Origin: Somniosus microcephalus
Lineage: Eukaryota
Assembly: GCA_052327205.1 (NCBI GenBank)
Contig: CM126205.1
Span: 301,258,001 to 301,322,000 of the forward strand
Direction of reading: 5' to 3'
DNA: 64,000 nucleotides
Shown: positions 24,161 to 38,700 of the stretch, piece after piece
How positions within the stretch are numbered: the first letter of the stretch is position 1
Layout: every line of letters starts with the position of its first letter
Notes under the pieces: model-generated
What the model was told of the DNA's origin: nothing
Databases searched by the model: none
What the model saw: the letters and a program-made list of their open reading frames with translations, nothing else
Program-made: the position numbers and the translations under genes

Positions 24161-27100
24161 TTCCTCAAAGCTAGTTCAACTCACTGAATGCTTTAACATA
24201 AGCAAGTTGAGGTTACCAAAGCAATGACTGTCACAGAAGGCTATTACAAGGATATTTCTTCAGGATGAGATCATTCACCACATTGTATCATTAAGCAGCC
24301 CCGTCGCAGACTTCCTCAGAGACTTCAAACCAGGTGTAACCGCAACGCACCTCTCAGCTGGATGGCTCGAGCTTCGTAGATTAAAAGAGCACCGCTCAAA
24401 TCATAGGGACATTACATTTAAGATGCAGCGTTAATCCCATGTTCGCAACTTGCAGGAGCATGTCAGCGAGGTTTCACCTCACTAAAATTCCAATTTCTAT
24501 TCAATCTTGCAAAATTAACATGAAACGACGCGTCAGCAGAATCCTCCCCCACTTTACTTCATTTATAAATTGCAAGAATGATGCCATTATATATTATTAA
24601 TTTCTGCTGTTCGGCGCTGCAGTGATAGCACCGAGCCGCGGATGTTCAAGCTTTGTAATTAGGTTCTAGTAGGGCAGCCATCCGTCCCTTTTCAAAAATT
24701 TACAGGATTCTTAATCACACTGCTCATTTGACTGTGCAGTAGCAAGTACAGTGAAACACAAACAGGCCACGTTCGTTTACACAGGAACACCTGCTTAGCC
24801 TGATAGCAGATGTCACCGTGAAGAGAAAGAGAAAAAAAAGGGAAAAGAGAGATCAGCCACGTGACAAGCCAAATAATATGCTTTTTTAAAATTTTCTTTT
24901 ACTTCTGCTCCCAATACATATATTAACTCTGCCCAACCCTTTCCTTGATCATTTTCTTTTTAAGTTTGGTTACGTGACAATCCCCCCCCGCCCCCCCAAC
25001 CACCACATATTAAACTATTACACTCACCCTCCAGTTTGCTTGCTTGTGATATAAATAGAGATTTATTTTTATTTTTTTTACCTCGCATTTGCTCACTTCT
25101 TTATAAGAACCTGTAGCTTTGGAGGAAAATGTAAAAAATGTTTGACTTCCGTACCATCACTTGAGGTGGGACAGATAAGGCTCCATTGGTTGCAGTGTTT
25201 AGTGGCATTAAATGTGTTGGTGAAGATTTCCTTTATTTTATGCTTTTCCAGAAAAACCTTCAAATGCGATGGTTTAGAATGTGTGTTTAAGATTCCCATA
25301 CAAATACTGAACAGAGGAAATCTTAACAAATGTGTTTACGATGTCACTCCACATAATGCCCAGAGGGATTCTTACCCCCAGATCTGTAAGTCAAATACAT
25401 TTTGAAAAGTGGCAAGGATACAGTTTTCTCTCAAATCTTCCAGGTAATGGGCAAGTCTGAAAAGCCCACAAAAAAAGGGTGGCTTTTTCCACATTGAGGG
25501 AAGCTTTCTTCGATGCTATCTGTTCAATAGGATGTCAATTTGTAAATGAGATATGTTCCCTCTGTCATCTTTAAATTCAGGTAAGACTAATAGGTATGGT
25601 TTCTGATCCAGAAGTTGGAACTTATCGACAAAATGAATCCACCACAAGGACAGGGAGGGGCATTTTTATTCAAGAAAGGTACACCTGTTCCATTAAAGGA
25701 CCTTTTGTGACACTGTGGGAATCTTTTAAAGGCAAATTGTCAACAGAAATTTGTGTTATCTTTGAGACAGAAGCTCCGGCAGAGAGATGGTAAATATTGG
25801 GCCAATTAGGAGGTGTACAAAATAGTGACGGTAGTAAAAGTAGTGATTCTGAACAGATTCAAAGAGTTACGTTGCATCTTAGGATGTTTCAAAAAGCAAG
25901 ATGCTATGAAAAGTATGGCACTTCACATGCCTCTAACCATTTTTGATCTCGACAAATTGGCCTGCATGTACATGCAGAAAAGTCTAGCTTGCAAGACAGA
26001 AAATCCGCACAGCATGGGTCCTTTAGTAAGTCATGATATATCAGTTACCAGAACACTATACTGCTGAATGCAATGAGAATTATTTTCTCAGACTATTAAA
26101 GTTTATTTGAACAAGTAAAAGGCTTCACCATTTTTGAGGTTTATTAAGTGGAATTGTCAGGATAGCAGAAAATGAAGCAGATTTACATATCACAGCACAG
26201 CAGCAGATCATAATATTGTGACGCACTGGAAAGCAGTTTCTTCACTACATGGTTAATGTATATCCTTGGCCCCTGAACGAAGGTGTTTTGCAGCCCCAGT
26301 CCCAGTACTATGTTCAGTGCACAGGCATGTGAAAGCGTAGTAGGGACAAAGTATTTTAAGTGCCAAAAGCGGAGTGGGAAGTGCTTAACTTCAGTTAGCT
26401 CTTTTTTTGGTATTATTGCGCATTTAACGTTAACATTTTTTTATTCTTCAAAGTGAAATAGGCCGCAATGTTGAATTTCTTCCAAAGCCTTGCTCCCTTT
26501 CCCCATTCTATATATTGCAGCTTTAAGCCTTTCTCCATTATTATGGACAAGCTTCCAGAGCTCTTAAGAATACAGGGCAAGGGACCCTTTGCTTTCACTG
26601 ACATGCAGCAGCCATATGAGGAAGCACAAAGGAGCTCCAGGGGCTTTTAAACTTGGACAGCTTTGTATTTTGATTGCAATGTTAACTCTATTGCACATTC
26701 TGTAACTGTTGCCTTCAAATGGTGTGTTTGGTACTTTTGGTACTCATAGTCCAGCTAGCTTTTCACCCTAATCTGGAACTTTCATGGCTGAATTAAAACT
26801 TGTTGCATTTGAAAATATATTTTTTGTCCTGTCCAGTCAGTTTTTGAGATGGGGAGGATTTTTGTCTGCATGCGCCCCCTGCTCGCAACCACCACCCACC
26901 CCCACCCCATAGAAATAACCAGATGTTAGAAAAGGCCCTTGATTTCCGTGTTTATTAATACTGTCTGAATGTAGGTTCTATTATTTACCAGTCAGTCAGT
27001 GCATGTAGGCCAGAGAGAGGCGTAAATATTAACCCCCACCCTTTTGGCAAGCTTTCCAAATGCACTGTGATTCTATCCCTATCAATACTACGGGCTTATG

Positions 27101-27879
27101 CCTGTGAGTGGGTTAAGGCTGAGGAAAGGATTGCAAGCGCACACACTCTCTTCATAAAACAGCTGGCACTGTGATCTGTTAGAATTGACATATTGATTGC
27201 TTCAAACGTACGAATGTCCATTTCATAAACTCCATTTTCAAAGCGTAGACACATTTAGAGCTCTGTCTTTTTTCCCACATGGATCAATTATATGCCCACG
27301 TAATCCTGTTACCTGTGAAATCCATGCATGCTTTCCCCATTTGCTGCATATCCTAGGCGTGCAAGTTACATTATGTGGATATAAGCAAACAGTGTGTTGT
27401 GGTGAAATTAGGGATTGTTTTCCAACTGACAGCTCTGGAGCTGAGAGTGATGGCACCCTTTCCCCTCCCCCCGAGAGAGAATCAGAAGACAGATTACCAA
27501 GTTATTCAATCCAGAACCAAAAAATAATGGACTATGAAAACAGTCCATTAAACATTCTGGAGATAAATAATCTTCTACTTTTCTCTAATTTGCAGGTATG
27601 ACTGACTACTCACGTAAGTTCTAGTCAGGAACTGGGCTGTGCAAAAGCACCAAATTAATGTGTTTTAGCCTGTTACTTGGGGCTTATATATATAATTTTC
27701 TATTATTTGACTTATTCTTTGTATTATCCTCCATTTACAGTAACAACATGGGACAAATAATTGCTTGCATAAGCTGTATTGAAAAAAAATCTATCTAAAC
27801 CAGTAACCTGTTGTATGAATGTTAGGTAATGTTCAGCTGTGAATACCCTGTCGCCACTTACTATCTAGACTCTTACAAG

Positions 27880-27952
27880 AAGTCACCTGGGTGAGGTACT
27901 GGGCAGCCAGTCGGCATCGTGAATCCATACCCAAGCACCTTCAAGCGAGGAG
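27880..27952 (+). mobile_element. AmnSINE2-like 3' fragment
   Basis: CACCTGGGTGAGGTACTGG..AGCACCTTCAAGCGAGGAGG resembles the 3' end of fuller copies. Confidence 0.5.
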
Positions 27953-28457
27953 GGGAGAAACTTGGGAGGAAAGATGACACGTGAGCTGAATTATTTGATT
28001 GCTGCTTTTTTGAAACCTCTCTCTTTTTTCTGCGATATTCTTCATTTTCAACAATACCGCTGACACCTGGCAAAACTTTCCTCTGCAGCAGTGGGGAAAA
28101 AGTTTATATGAATAAGGATCAAATTGACGTCACTCTTGTGAACTACATAGCCTTCCGTGGGCTTGCAGAATTCCGGGGAACAGGGGTGGAAAACGAATGG
28201 AGAACATCACAGAATCACAACCTTGTGTGAATGAAGCCATTTACATCAACCCCCAAGGAACAGACCCCGTTACGTCAGGTCAGGCATGCTCCTGGGATCC
28301 TTGAAACCAGATTGATGGCTTAAATGTGCACAGGAGAAATCCCAGAAGATTACGTAACTGTGGCATCAGTTGTAAAAAGGGAAAGGGACAATTAGATTGT
28401 TTACTAACAGAATAATAAATGATTGTTAAGAATAATTAGTTATGGAGAAACTCTACC

Positions 28458-28930
28458 NNNNNNNNNNNNNNNNNNNNNNNNNNNNNNNNNNNNNNNNNNN
28501 NNNNNNNNNNNNNNNNNNNNNNNNNNNNNNNNNNNNNNNNNNNNNNNNNNNNNNNNNNNNNNNNNNNNNNNNNNNNNNNNNNNNNNNNNNNNNNNNNNNN
28601 NNNNNNNNNNNNNNNNNNNNNNNACAACACACAAACAACACAATGCACACAACATAACAGCAACACAACGCACACAACACACAAACACAATGCACACAAC
28701 ACAGCAACACAACACAACGCACACAACACAACGCAAACACACACAAACAACATAACACAAACACAATGCAAACACAACACAAACACAACACAAACAACAC
28801 AAACACAAACAACATAAAACACAAACACAATGCAAACACACACAAACAACATAACACACAAATACAACACACAACACAACACACAAACACAACACAAACA
28901 ACATAACACACGCAAACACACACACACACA
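28458..28930. repeat. Gap (28458-28623) followed by a CA/CAA-rich low-complexity tract
   Basis: N run, then ACAAC-type degenerate repeats. Confidence 0.9.
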
Positions 28931-30264
28931 GAGCTTGGCTTCTCAATGTCTCCTGCATCTATTTTCTACACTTCAGTGGTCCTCAGGCAGCTCACTCAAA
29001 CTAAACTTGTCGAATACAATTTGTTTCTTGAAAGGTTCACAAAATCCCAGAATACCTTATGAAATATTGCCTGACCTGCTCACTGGAGTGGCTTGACGAA
29101 GCACAAAGGAAGCGTCAAAATGTGGCTACATGCTTAGCGCGATCTACAAGCACTCGGTGCACCATACTATTGTTCCAGTTAGGCATTAAAGATAAATAGC
29201 GGCGTGTTAACCAGATTTGACATGCTGTACAGAACAGGCATCTTCAGTTCCAGGACACAGCCAAACACAAAATACAAACATTTCTACCATCCACATTGGA
29301 CTGAATCGGACTGAATAAAGCTCTGACAATTTGTAAGAGTTTCAACCTTTGTGACTGGTCACGGAATACCAAGGAGGGTTATATATTTTTTGGAATAAGA
29401 CAGCAGGTTTGACAGTGGTATATGGTTTAATTAAGGCTGCGAGGACAACTTCATCTTGTTCTCCCCTGCAGAAGCCTGGCTTTGTCTCGTAACTTTATTG
29501 AAGGAATCATTTTCATGTTATAATTTTAGGAATGAGGCGAGTGGCATGGCAGAAGTACACAGCTGGACTAACCCCGTGGAGGGTAGATTGTTCCCTCTTG
29601 CTACACAAGGCTTGGTTTTGTGTGTAATATTATGAAAAGAATCATTCAAACAGTATCTATGTCACACCACACACTCTAGAAGATAGATTATACAAACTAA
29701 GCAAAACTTGTGCAAAAGTCCTATGAATTAGCACAAAATTATTTTAATGCCATTCGCAGTTAACTCCTAATCTAAACAATTAATTCCTAGTAACCAATTA
29801 TCATCGCCCCAATGCTAGGAAAAGTGCAGATTATTCCACTTGCTATTTTTTCCCCACTTTCCTGGGGGAAATTGACAGATTTTGATCATTCCAGCATTTA
29901 CAGGAGCTATCTAAAACATCAATTCTCTGATTGAATCTGAACTTCAATGTCTCTTTCATTCACTTTGTACCCAATATGTTAAAAGATTCTATAAAGCATT
30001 AAAAAAAAAGCTCTCGGATGTAATCCAACATGAGTTTAAAACAATAAAGACCCGGTAGGATGATACAGTGCAGAAAGTTTCCATGGGATCCGCACTGGAG
30101 TATTTTGGTCAAGTCATGGTGACTGCAAATTTACATAAAATACTAGGAAATAAAGTGCATGAATCAAATATAAAACCCATCCAACTAATTGTCTGATTTA
30201 ATGAGCAAAAATAATACAAATTAACCCATTTAACTAGAAGACAGGAACTATGCATTATACAAAT

Positions 30265-31300
30265 TTGTTCATCTAGGTAGAGCACAGGTACTGTACCGAT
30301 TAGTCTATTCAAATAGAGCACATACTGTACAAAAGTGTTCATTCAAATTGAACACAGGTACTGTACGGACAAGTCTATTCAAATAGAGCACATATTGTAG
30401 AAACAAACATATTAAAATACAGCGCATGCTGTGTAAATGTGTCCTCCTAAATAGAGCACGTATTGTATAAACATGCTGACTTAAATAGAGCATGCACTGT
30501 TTAAATGTATTCCTTTAAATAGACAATACAAAGTAAATGCGTCCACTTAAATAGAGGGCATATACTATATAATCATCTGCATGTCAAACACACGCTGTAT
30601 AAATGTATTCATTTAACCAGAACAAATACTGGAGTTCGTATATTAACATATTTATTTTAAGCATATCCTGTCTAAATGTATCCACTAAAATTATATATTG
30701 TATAATTGTGTTGATTAAAATAGAGCACAGCTATCATATAAACTAACCTACTCAGGTAGAGCAGACATTGTATAAATATTTAAGGAACGCGCATATTGCA
30801 TAAAGACATCCATTTAAATAGAGCACTGTTACTACATGAACATCCATTTCAATAGACGCATATAGTACAAATACATCCTTTTAAATAGTTACTATATAAT
30901 CATGTACACTTGAATAGACCACCTGTAAGACCACTTGGGGGAAGTACCAGAGGGTCACCAGAACCTAATGGAACTGTCCCCTAGTGTGAGTCTTTACATT
31001 CAGGAGAGGAATAGTTTGGTGGAAAAATTGGAGGAAGAGAAAAAAAGTAAACACTGTGTAAACATGTTTATTTAATTACAGAAAACAATTTATAAATGTT
31101 CCCATTTAAACTACAGCGCAGGTACTGTGCAAACAGATACATTTGTGAACTGTATAATCGTGTCATTTTAATACAGTATATACTTTATAAATGTACCCAT
31201 TTATGTAGAATGTACTGTTTAAATGTGCTATTTGAAACAGATCACAAGTACTGTACCAATGTCTCCATTCAAACCAAGCATATACCATGCAAACATGCTT
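30265..31300. repeat. Old degenerate AT-rich tandem repeat (~33-36-bp unit), interrupted by a SINE 3' fragment at ~30929-31010
   Basis: Recurring TTAAATAGAGCACATACTGTA..AATGT..CCA motif. Confidence 0.75.
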
Positions 31301-34300
31301 TATCAAGCATGGTGTAAAATTCTAACCAAGTCCATATGCATAGCCCAGGCCAGCTTGACTTATCTAAATATACTCAAAAGTGCGAAAGGCGTCCCTCACA
31401 GTTCCCATGTGCTGAATAAACTTTTCTCCTCATCCTCACTTCAACCCGAAAATGTGACACTTTTCATAGCCACATTCTGCAGCGGCACATCTACCTTACA
31501 TTTCCTGGCATTTCAATAAAACTGTTAAACTCTCAAGTCCTCCCTTTCACTCTCAGGCTTACAAAAACAGAAGAGTAAAAGACGTACACACATTCCCACA
31601 AATCGCTCTCTGCATATTTCTAATGCCAGTTACAAATGGAACGCCAATTCAGGAAATGCACAGGATCCGATTCTGTGAACAAGCAGAACAAATTTCAACA
31701 CTGTATGTGTGCAGAGTGCCAGTCAGGCCCTCAATGAGTTAACATATTCCACGTTAAAAAAGACCGCACCACAAGCAACTTAAACTTCTTCCACAGGAGA
31801 AAAAAAACGCTTTATCTATTTCTACACCTTTAACCAGAAACTATTCAGTCAGCTCCCCCTCCCATTCCACGGTGTTGAAATCTATTCCGAGTTCTAGATG
31901 GAATTCAATGAGAAAACATCCTCACATTGCCTAAATATTTAGCAAACACTTTCACCTGCTGACTGCACGTGGAGAAGGAGGTAATTGTTCATCTGAGCAC
32001 TATCTGTGTTTGAGGTGGATAAATTATGTTGTCACTGACTGAAATTAACAGCAATTCCTTCAGACAATTTCCCAATTTCCAATGCTAATTGCAATTTTAC
32101 TTTTAAATATACTTGCACCTGTTTTCTCATTTGGTCAAGATATTTTAGGTACAAAGGTAGTGTAACTGAATATAATCAGCGTATTTAATTAACTGTACTG
32201 AAGATGTGTAAAAAGAAGCAATTATATTGCAAATGAAAGAGTTTTTTGGCCTTAAATTATTTTATTTCACATTACCTAGAACACAAAGCAAAACTACAAG
32301 ATTCCATTTTTAATTTGTAATTACTTTAGTATAACCTTCCTGGGAATGAGTTACTCTTATTATAATTATTATTAATTAATCTTGCCTCATTACTAAATAA
32401 ATGAAGTAATAATGTAAAAATTAATTAAAACATCAAAATACACATTAACTCACAAAAAAGGGTTTTGGCGGTCACAATTTAATTTGACTTCAGTATTCAT
32501 TTCACACGGCAAAATTGTCTTCAAACTCAATTTAAACGCCATTAAAGTAACGTAACGTTCTGCCCTTATTTTGAGGGCTGTGTTTTAACCCCTCCCTGAG
32601 TGCTACCAGCAAATTCAGTCACTTTTCACAAGCACCATTTTTAACATAAACTATTAGGCACTTCATTTCCAATTCCATTCTCACCCCAATACTTTAAAAC
32701 ATTTCAATTGCAGCGATGATTATTCTCAAAGCTGTTAAATGACAAAAGTGATAGCATCAAGGGAATTCAACATTCAAAGGCCTCAGACAGTTTAAACAAA
32801 CTTAGCCAGAGAGGATAGCAGGAACGCAGACATTTTACTGCTTCATATAGGAAGGTGTAGAGATTAGACGCAGCTCAGAGAAAAGCTGCATCAAATATCA
32901 AGGACGCCAGACTAATGGCACTTAGCACTGATTTTACAGCAGAGAGCCAACCCTTCCCAGACTGACAAGAAGGGATTCGACCTCTTTCAAAATCATCTTC
33001 ATTCCAACGCCCATCCGTTAAAATATGCACTCCCTGTTTGTCCCTTGATGGTTTGAGGCAGGAATGAGCCACAGGTTCCACTTTGTCAGCTTGTCAGGTC
33101 CCTTTAAGACATATTCACTGTCAAGGTTTTTTTATAATTAGAAAATAACACCAATGTAATTCCAGACAATTCCAATAAACATCGAGCTATTTCACAAAGA
33201 CTCAATTACTTAACTGGATTCCTTAAGATTCTTTTTTATTTCTTCACACAATAGTGACATCGCGCCATGTGGGAGACAATGTTAAACCTTGTGGAAAGTA
33301 CCACTAAGTCGATTCCAATTGGCTTCTGTGGAAATCACGTGGAAATCTTGCAGAATTACTGGTTATAGAGCATATTCTGAAAATGAGTGATTTGTGCGTG
33401 TACTGCAATGCCCTGTACACCACCATAGGGCAATACACCTTTACTGTGTAAATATTACTGTATATGAGTACGCTGAAGGAACCAAAACCATTCTTTCTGA
33501 GTGGCATTTTACTGCCGCGAATCAACATGGGTGTAGACAATGCACAAGGGCAGGCTATGGCGGATGCCTTGCTGATCTGCAGATGTTGGGGGTACACTAC
33601 AGGTTTGGCTACTGATTGGAAAGAAGTTTGCCACCAAGGAGACATAAAGTGGGTACTTAGAATGAAGATGCACTGACATCAAGACACAGATTCAGTGTCA
33701 TGAAAGTATGCCAGAAAGAAATTAACAAAAAGTAAACTATTAAACATATAACATACAGACTAACAAACAGCTGGCACTGAGTTTGAAGCTCTAATTCAAA
33801 CAAGGAGTTTTGTTGGCTTTTATTAACCACTTGAATTTAGCTCTCCCAATTCATGATGTCATTAGAACCATCGGACTGAGCCTTGTAACTCACTGCCAGA
33901 CATCTGGTATCTTTATATGCAGTTTACGTCAAGCTGAGGCTTTACGTTAGCAGAGGAGCTTAGCGTTTCGCAGGCACAGAGGGCATGCTTTGAGGTGGGC
34001 AAACTGGAGTGTCGAGACATCCTACAGCCCAGCTGAAGTGTCTGCTACGCCAGGAGACACTCAACGGACAAAGCTGCCCTCCCATCCCAGGCCAGTAAAG
34101 TAAAATCAATACGGTCAAACTCTTCCTCAGTTCAGTCGGTGCCACTCTGACACCTTTCCCCCTTTTCTTTGCCAGTCAAGTCCAATCGAGTAACTGACAG
34201 TGCAAACGGCCTATCACTCCTGATGCTAAAATCTTAGCTCCAACCACCTCAGTGGAAGGGTGAGTTACCCGCAGAGAAATACTCGAGCCAGACAGTGTAT

Positions 34301-35171
34301 CTGAACAGTTACTGTTAAAGAATGAACTGTTACCTGCTTGGCTTGGGACATGAATCCATTTGCCCACCACAGGGTACTGATAACTGGATCATAAGGCTAC
34401 AAACACATCATCAGTGTCATGTTGCTCCTGTCCTGCTTGTAATGGGAGCTCGAATTCAATTTCAATCATTTGATCTAAACTGAATTTAATTTCCACCACC
34501 CCTCAAACCAAGGCAGGAGCTGTGATTGTATCTGTATCAGGTTACCTGTCCAAAATGTTCAACAGACAGAGTGGGGCTAGGGAGAATTGAGGATTCAAAT
34601 CAGACTGCCACAACCTTGTTTAAGTACAAGTGCTTTGGGGGTGTCTGCACACCAGCGTTGGAAGGAGGGCAATGCTCTTAAAATCAGATTTGACTGTTGG
34701 GCAGATTTTACGCTGTGGATTCATATTCTTGGGATTTAACAGTATTGATTCCCTAGCTTTTGATACTTACAATCCTAAAATGCATTTTACAAATCTAGAC
34801 TTCTACACCTTCAGAGTTTGCTCAAACAGAATACAGTTGGGGCAGGGGGTGTGTGTAAAAAAGGTTTCTACTAAATGTAGTTTGCCTTTAACTAATCTGA
34901 TTCAGAGGAAGTTTTGCACCCTGAAGCCCAGGCATCTCACTGTAATTTTCAAAACATTAAGTCCCTATGCTTTTAGGGGCCCAAAGCTAAATCCCTTTCT
35001 CCAAGGATAAGCCATCTTTTATAGAGAGTTAAAGATTTTTATATATTCCTGAAAAGTAATCTCTGATGTTGATCTGCACAATGCCAGCATTTTGGGCTCA
35101 ATCTAATACCAGTGACAAGTAAAGAGATATATTTTTGGATGTGGCTGTGTCTATGCATATGTATCTGTGTG

Positions 35172-35720
35172 TTTATTTATTTATTTATTCATTGATGGGA
35201 TGTGGGGGTCGCTGGCTAGGCCTGCATTTAGTGCCCATCCCTAATTGCCCTTGAGAAGATGGTGGTGAGCTGCCTTCTTGAACCGCTGCAGTCCATATGG
35301 TGTAGGTACACCCACAATGCTGTTAGGAAGGGAGTTCCAGGATTTTGGCTCAGCGACAGTGAAGGAACGGCGATACAGGTCCAAGTCAGGATGGTGTGTG
35401 GCTTGGAGGGGAACTTGTAGGTGGTGATGTTCCCATGCGTCTGCTGCCCTTGTCCTTCTAAGTGGTAGAGGTCGCGGGTTTGGAAGGTGCTGTTGAAGGA
35501 GCTTTGGCGAGTTGCTGCAGTGCATCTTGTAGATGGTACACACTGCAGCCACAGTGCGTCGGTGGTGGAGGGAGGGAATGTTGAAGGTGGTGGATGGAGT
35601 GCCAATCAAGCGGGCTGCTTTATCCTGAATGGTGTCGAGCTTCTTGAGTGTTGTTGGAGCTGCACTCATCCAGGCAAGTGGAGAGTATTCCATCACACTC
35701 CTGACTTGTGCCTTGTAGAT
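35172..35720 (-). mobile_element. Non-LTR retrotransposon 3' end (CR1/L2 superclade, clade uncertain), copy 1
   Basis: Open frame IYKAQVRSVMEYSPLAW..LDTIQDKAARLI..KSWNSLP..FKKAAHHHLL and a (TAAA)n tail. Confidence 0.9.
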
Positions 35721-38700
35721 ATAAGGCCTGTTCATGTATCTATATCTGCCTCTTCTCTAGGTGTGAGTGTCCATGTGCATGTGTTGGTGTATATTGCTGT
35801 TTTCATCCTGTGCTCTGTTTTTTCTCTTCATGCTTCTTTCTTTTATAGTCTTGCTTCTTTCTCTCGCTCCATAATTAAGAACTTCAAATCTCAACACTCC
35901 TCAGAAGCAAAGAGCAAGTAAATAAGGTAATTTAACAGGGACCCTCCTGAAGGGTAGATCACAGTCTTGGCTGGAGTGTCAAACGTAGCATGAACTATTC
36001 TTTTTAATCTCAGTAGATGAATTCACTTCAGCTGATCTGAAGCTTCACATGGATGGCAAACGATCTCAAATTTTGGACAATTTTCAAACTGGGGTGGGGG
36101 AAGCATTTGAACTCGAAGGGGACATGCAAGTGTCATGTCTTCTCCGGGGAGGCTCACTATTAGGTAATGTCGTGGAAACTATGACAACTGTCACTTAACG
36201 TGACGCCACCAATCTTTTCATAACTGGTGTGGCTTTTGATTTTTGACAGGGAACAAAGTACCTGCTCCTGGGGGTTTACGATGGCTGTGGCTCCCTGCAA
36301 ATTCGCACCCTGACCTGCCGTGCATTCTTTCCAGCCGAGAGACGCTTCCCATGACTACCTCTGCGGAGAGCCCCCCACAATTAAATCTCACAGCAAACAC
36401 TTTTTTTTAAAACAACCTGAGGATTGGACTATAACTCTGTCTCTCACATACACACAAAAAAGACAAACCTTCAGGTTGTAGAGTCTAGTTGCAGAGCGCC
36501 TTGTCTGCACCTTGGAAAAAAAATGGTCTCAAAGCACAGATAGGAATAAACAGAGCATTAAATCAAGTAAAACTGTGACAAGGCCCATATATGCGTGGAC
36601 AATGCCAGTGAGGCATCTCCAATCTTTTGTTCACAGCTTAACAAAACTCTCTGGTCACACCACTTTAGCTCAACACTGCCTGTCGAAAAGGCATCAATAG
36701 ATACCCAGTGCCTGTCAAATGCAAAGCTGAAGAAAAGTGTTTCAAAGAATGTTTAACTTATAAGGTGAACCTTTATTACTTGAATAGAGATAGGACAGAC
36801 ATTTTTCAGCCATTGGGCTGCCCGGGCGGTATCAAAGAACCATTCAGAAACTGAGGGGGTCCGCACATTTATTTCTTCACAAGGCACCCAAAACTTTCCA
36901 TTGTGTCTCGACAGAGGATCGATGGCTGCTGTTTATTTCCTTTAAAGCGCAGTGGACACCTTAGGATGTTCTTTTATTTACGGTGTAGTTTTTTTTAAAC
37001 AGTATGTTTTTAGTTCTCGGCACTCACACAAAGCAATTTTACACTGTTTCCCCCACCCCATTTTACTTCACATTGAATGGAGTGTATTTGCACCAACAAG
37101 CTTTTTTTTTTGTTCAAATAACTTTTGCAAAAGAACTATTTGAGTTTGACTGGGGCTCTCTCCTGCTCGTTAGAAACCCCCACCGATCACCAACCTGGTG
37201 GGCTATCAAAGGAAGCAAACACTTCAAAAAAACACATTATTTTTACGGTTTCTCGCATAAAACCAGAAGTGCCAACATTTTGCAAGTCCCCACTTTAACT
37301 TTAGAACTGACTACTTTTTTTTGACAAAGTCCTTTCCTTTTTTTGTGCCACTAGATTGCTATGTTTTGGCTTCGACTCCTTCACCCTCGCACCCACCCCC
37401 ACCCCCAAAAGAAATAAAATCACACAACAGCACACTAGCACTGATGGAGTGCCTTGCGTCGCTGCTGACCTGCACCGTTAGGGCTGATCTTTTTTTTCCA
37501 CAGAAGCCGAGAAGCTTTGTCTCTTTCACCCTGCTGCTGTCAATTCGCTGCCTATGTGCTGTCTCTTTCCCAGTCCCAACCCTGTCAGTTTCTGGGCTGC
37601 CAATTTCAACTTGAAGCTTGACTGGGCTGATTTGATGTAAATACCTCGAGGGAGAACCTTGAAACTGATGAACAGTTATGTCAAGTCGATTTTGCACTGT
37701 CGGGAAAAGGTAACCTCTGCACAAAAAACAACAAGGTTAAAGAGATGGGGGCTTTGCACGTGGATTACGCTTCTCATACACCACGCTGTTTACCATCCCT
37801 TGGAAATTGTAACTGTCAGTATAAGTCCTAATTGCGGATGCAAAACCTGCCATTATAATAAAAACGGAGGCAGTGCAGACATTAAGTGTTACAGCCTAAT
37901 TTGTGAGACTACTGAAAAGGTAGCGCAGATGAATATTTCATTACATTAATTACTGAAGACAACTCCTTCCTGCCAGCCACAGATGTGTGTGTACTGTAGC
38001 TAGCAACAGCCACTGCTTAACACAACATGCAACAACTCCCCCCATACATGTACACATATATACACACACACACATACACACACACACTCTCTCAAGTTTC
38101 AAAGGTGTTGGAGGGCGGGAGGGGTAAGTGCATGCTGCATATTGTTTGGGCAAGTCCAAATGTGCTCTCTGTATAAATGTCAAGGAGTGTTTTTTTCCAA
38201 ACCAAATGTAAGGGGGGCTTGACACTCTGACTAAGCTGCTGAAAACAAATTCTGCTGGATTAGCGGGGCTGCTGGATACTAGAGTCGGGGTATAGAAAAT
38301 GGTACAAAGGTTGGATTCAGTTTGGTTCAAGAGTCGTTAAGTTGACAAGGGCCATCTGAGCTAGTCTTCTCTGCGCTGCCTTTTGTTGTTGTTGTTTGTT
38401 CCTACAACAAATAAGGCTCCTTATTCAGGTAAACGTCTCTTACCCTTCCCAAACCAATGTTTAGCTTGAAGGGTTCCCGTGTAGCAGAAGCCTGGATTCC
38501 AGTTGTCTTACCTCTTTGTGACCAATTACTTCAGTGTGTGTTTGACTAATAAACAAGCCCAATCAATTCAAAAAGTTTAGATATTTTTTTAAATCTATCA
38601 AATGAAAGGAAATTTGAAAGACAATGACTGCCTCATAAAGGGGACATCCTTGTGACACGTGAATTGTTCAAACTATCCAATCATTCCCAGCAAGAAAACT

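Noticed and set aside
28423-29096. Cys/Val- and His/Thr-rich ORFs
   Set aside because: Same artefact: CA-rich repeat plus a gap.
32875-33676. Short ORFs of ordinary composition as possible ZEB2 exon 3 or a nested gene
   Set aside because: No similarity to ZEB2 exon 3 or any family I recognise, and no convincing paired splice sites.
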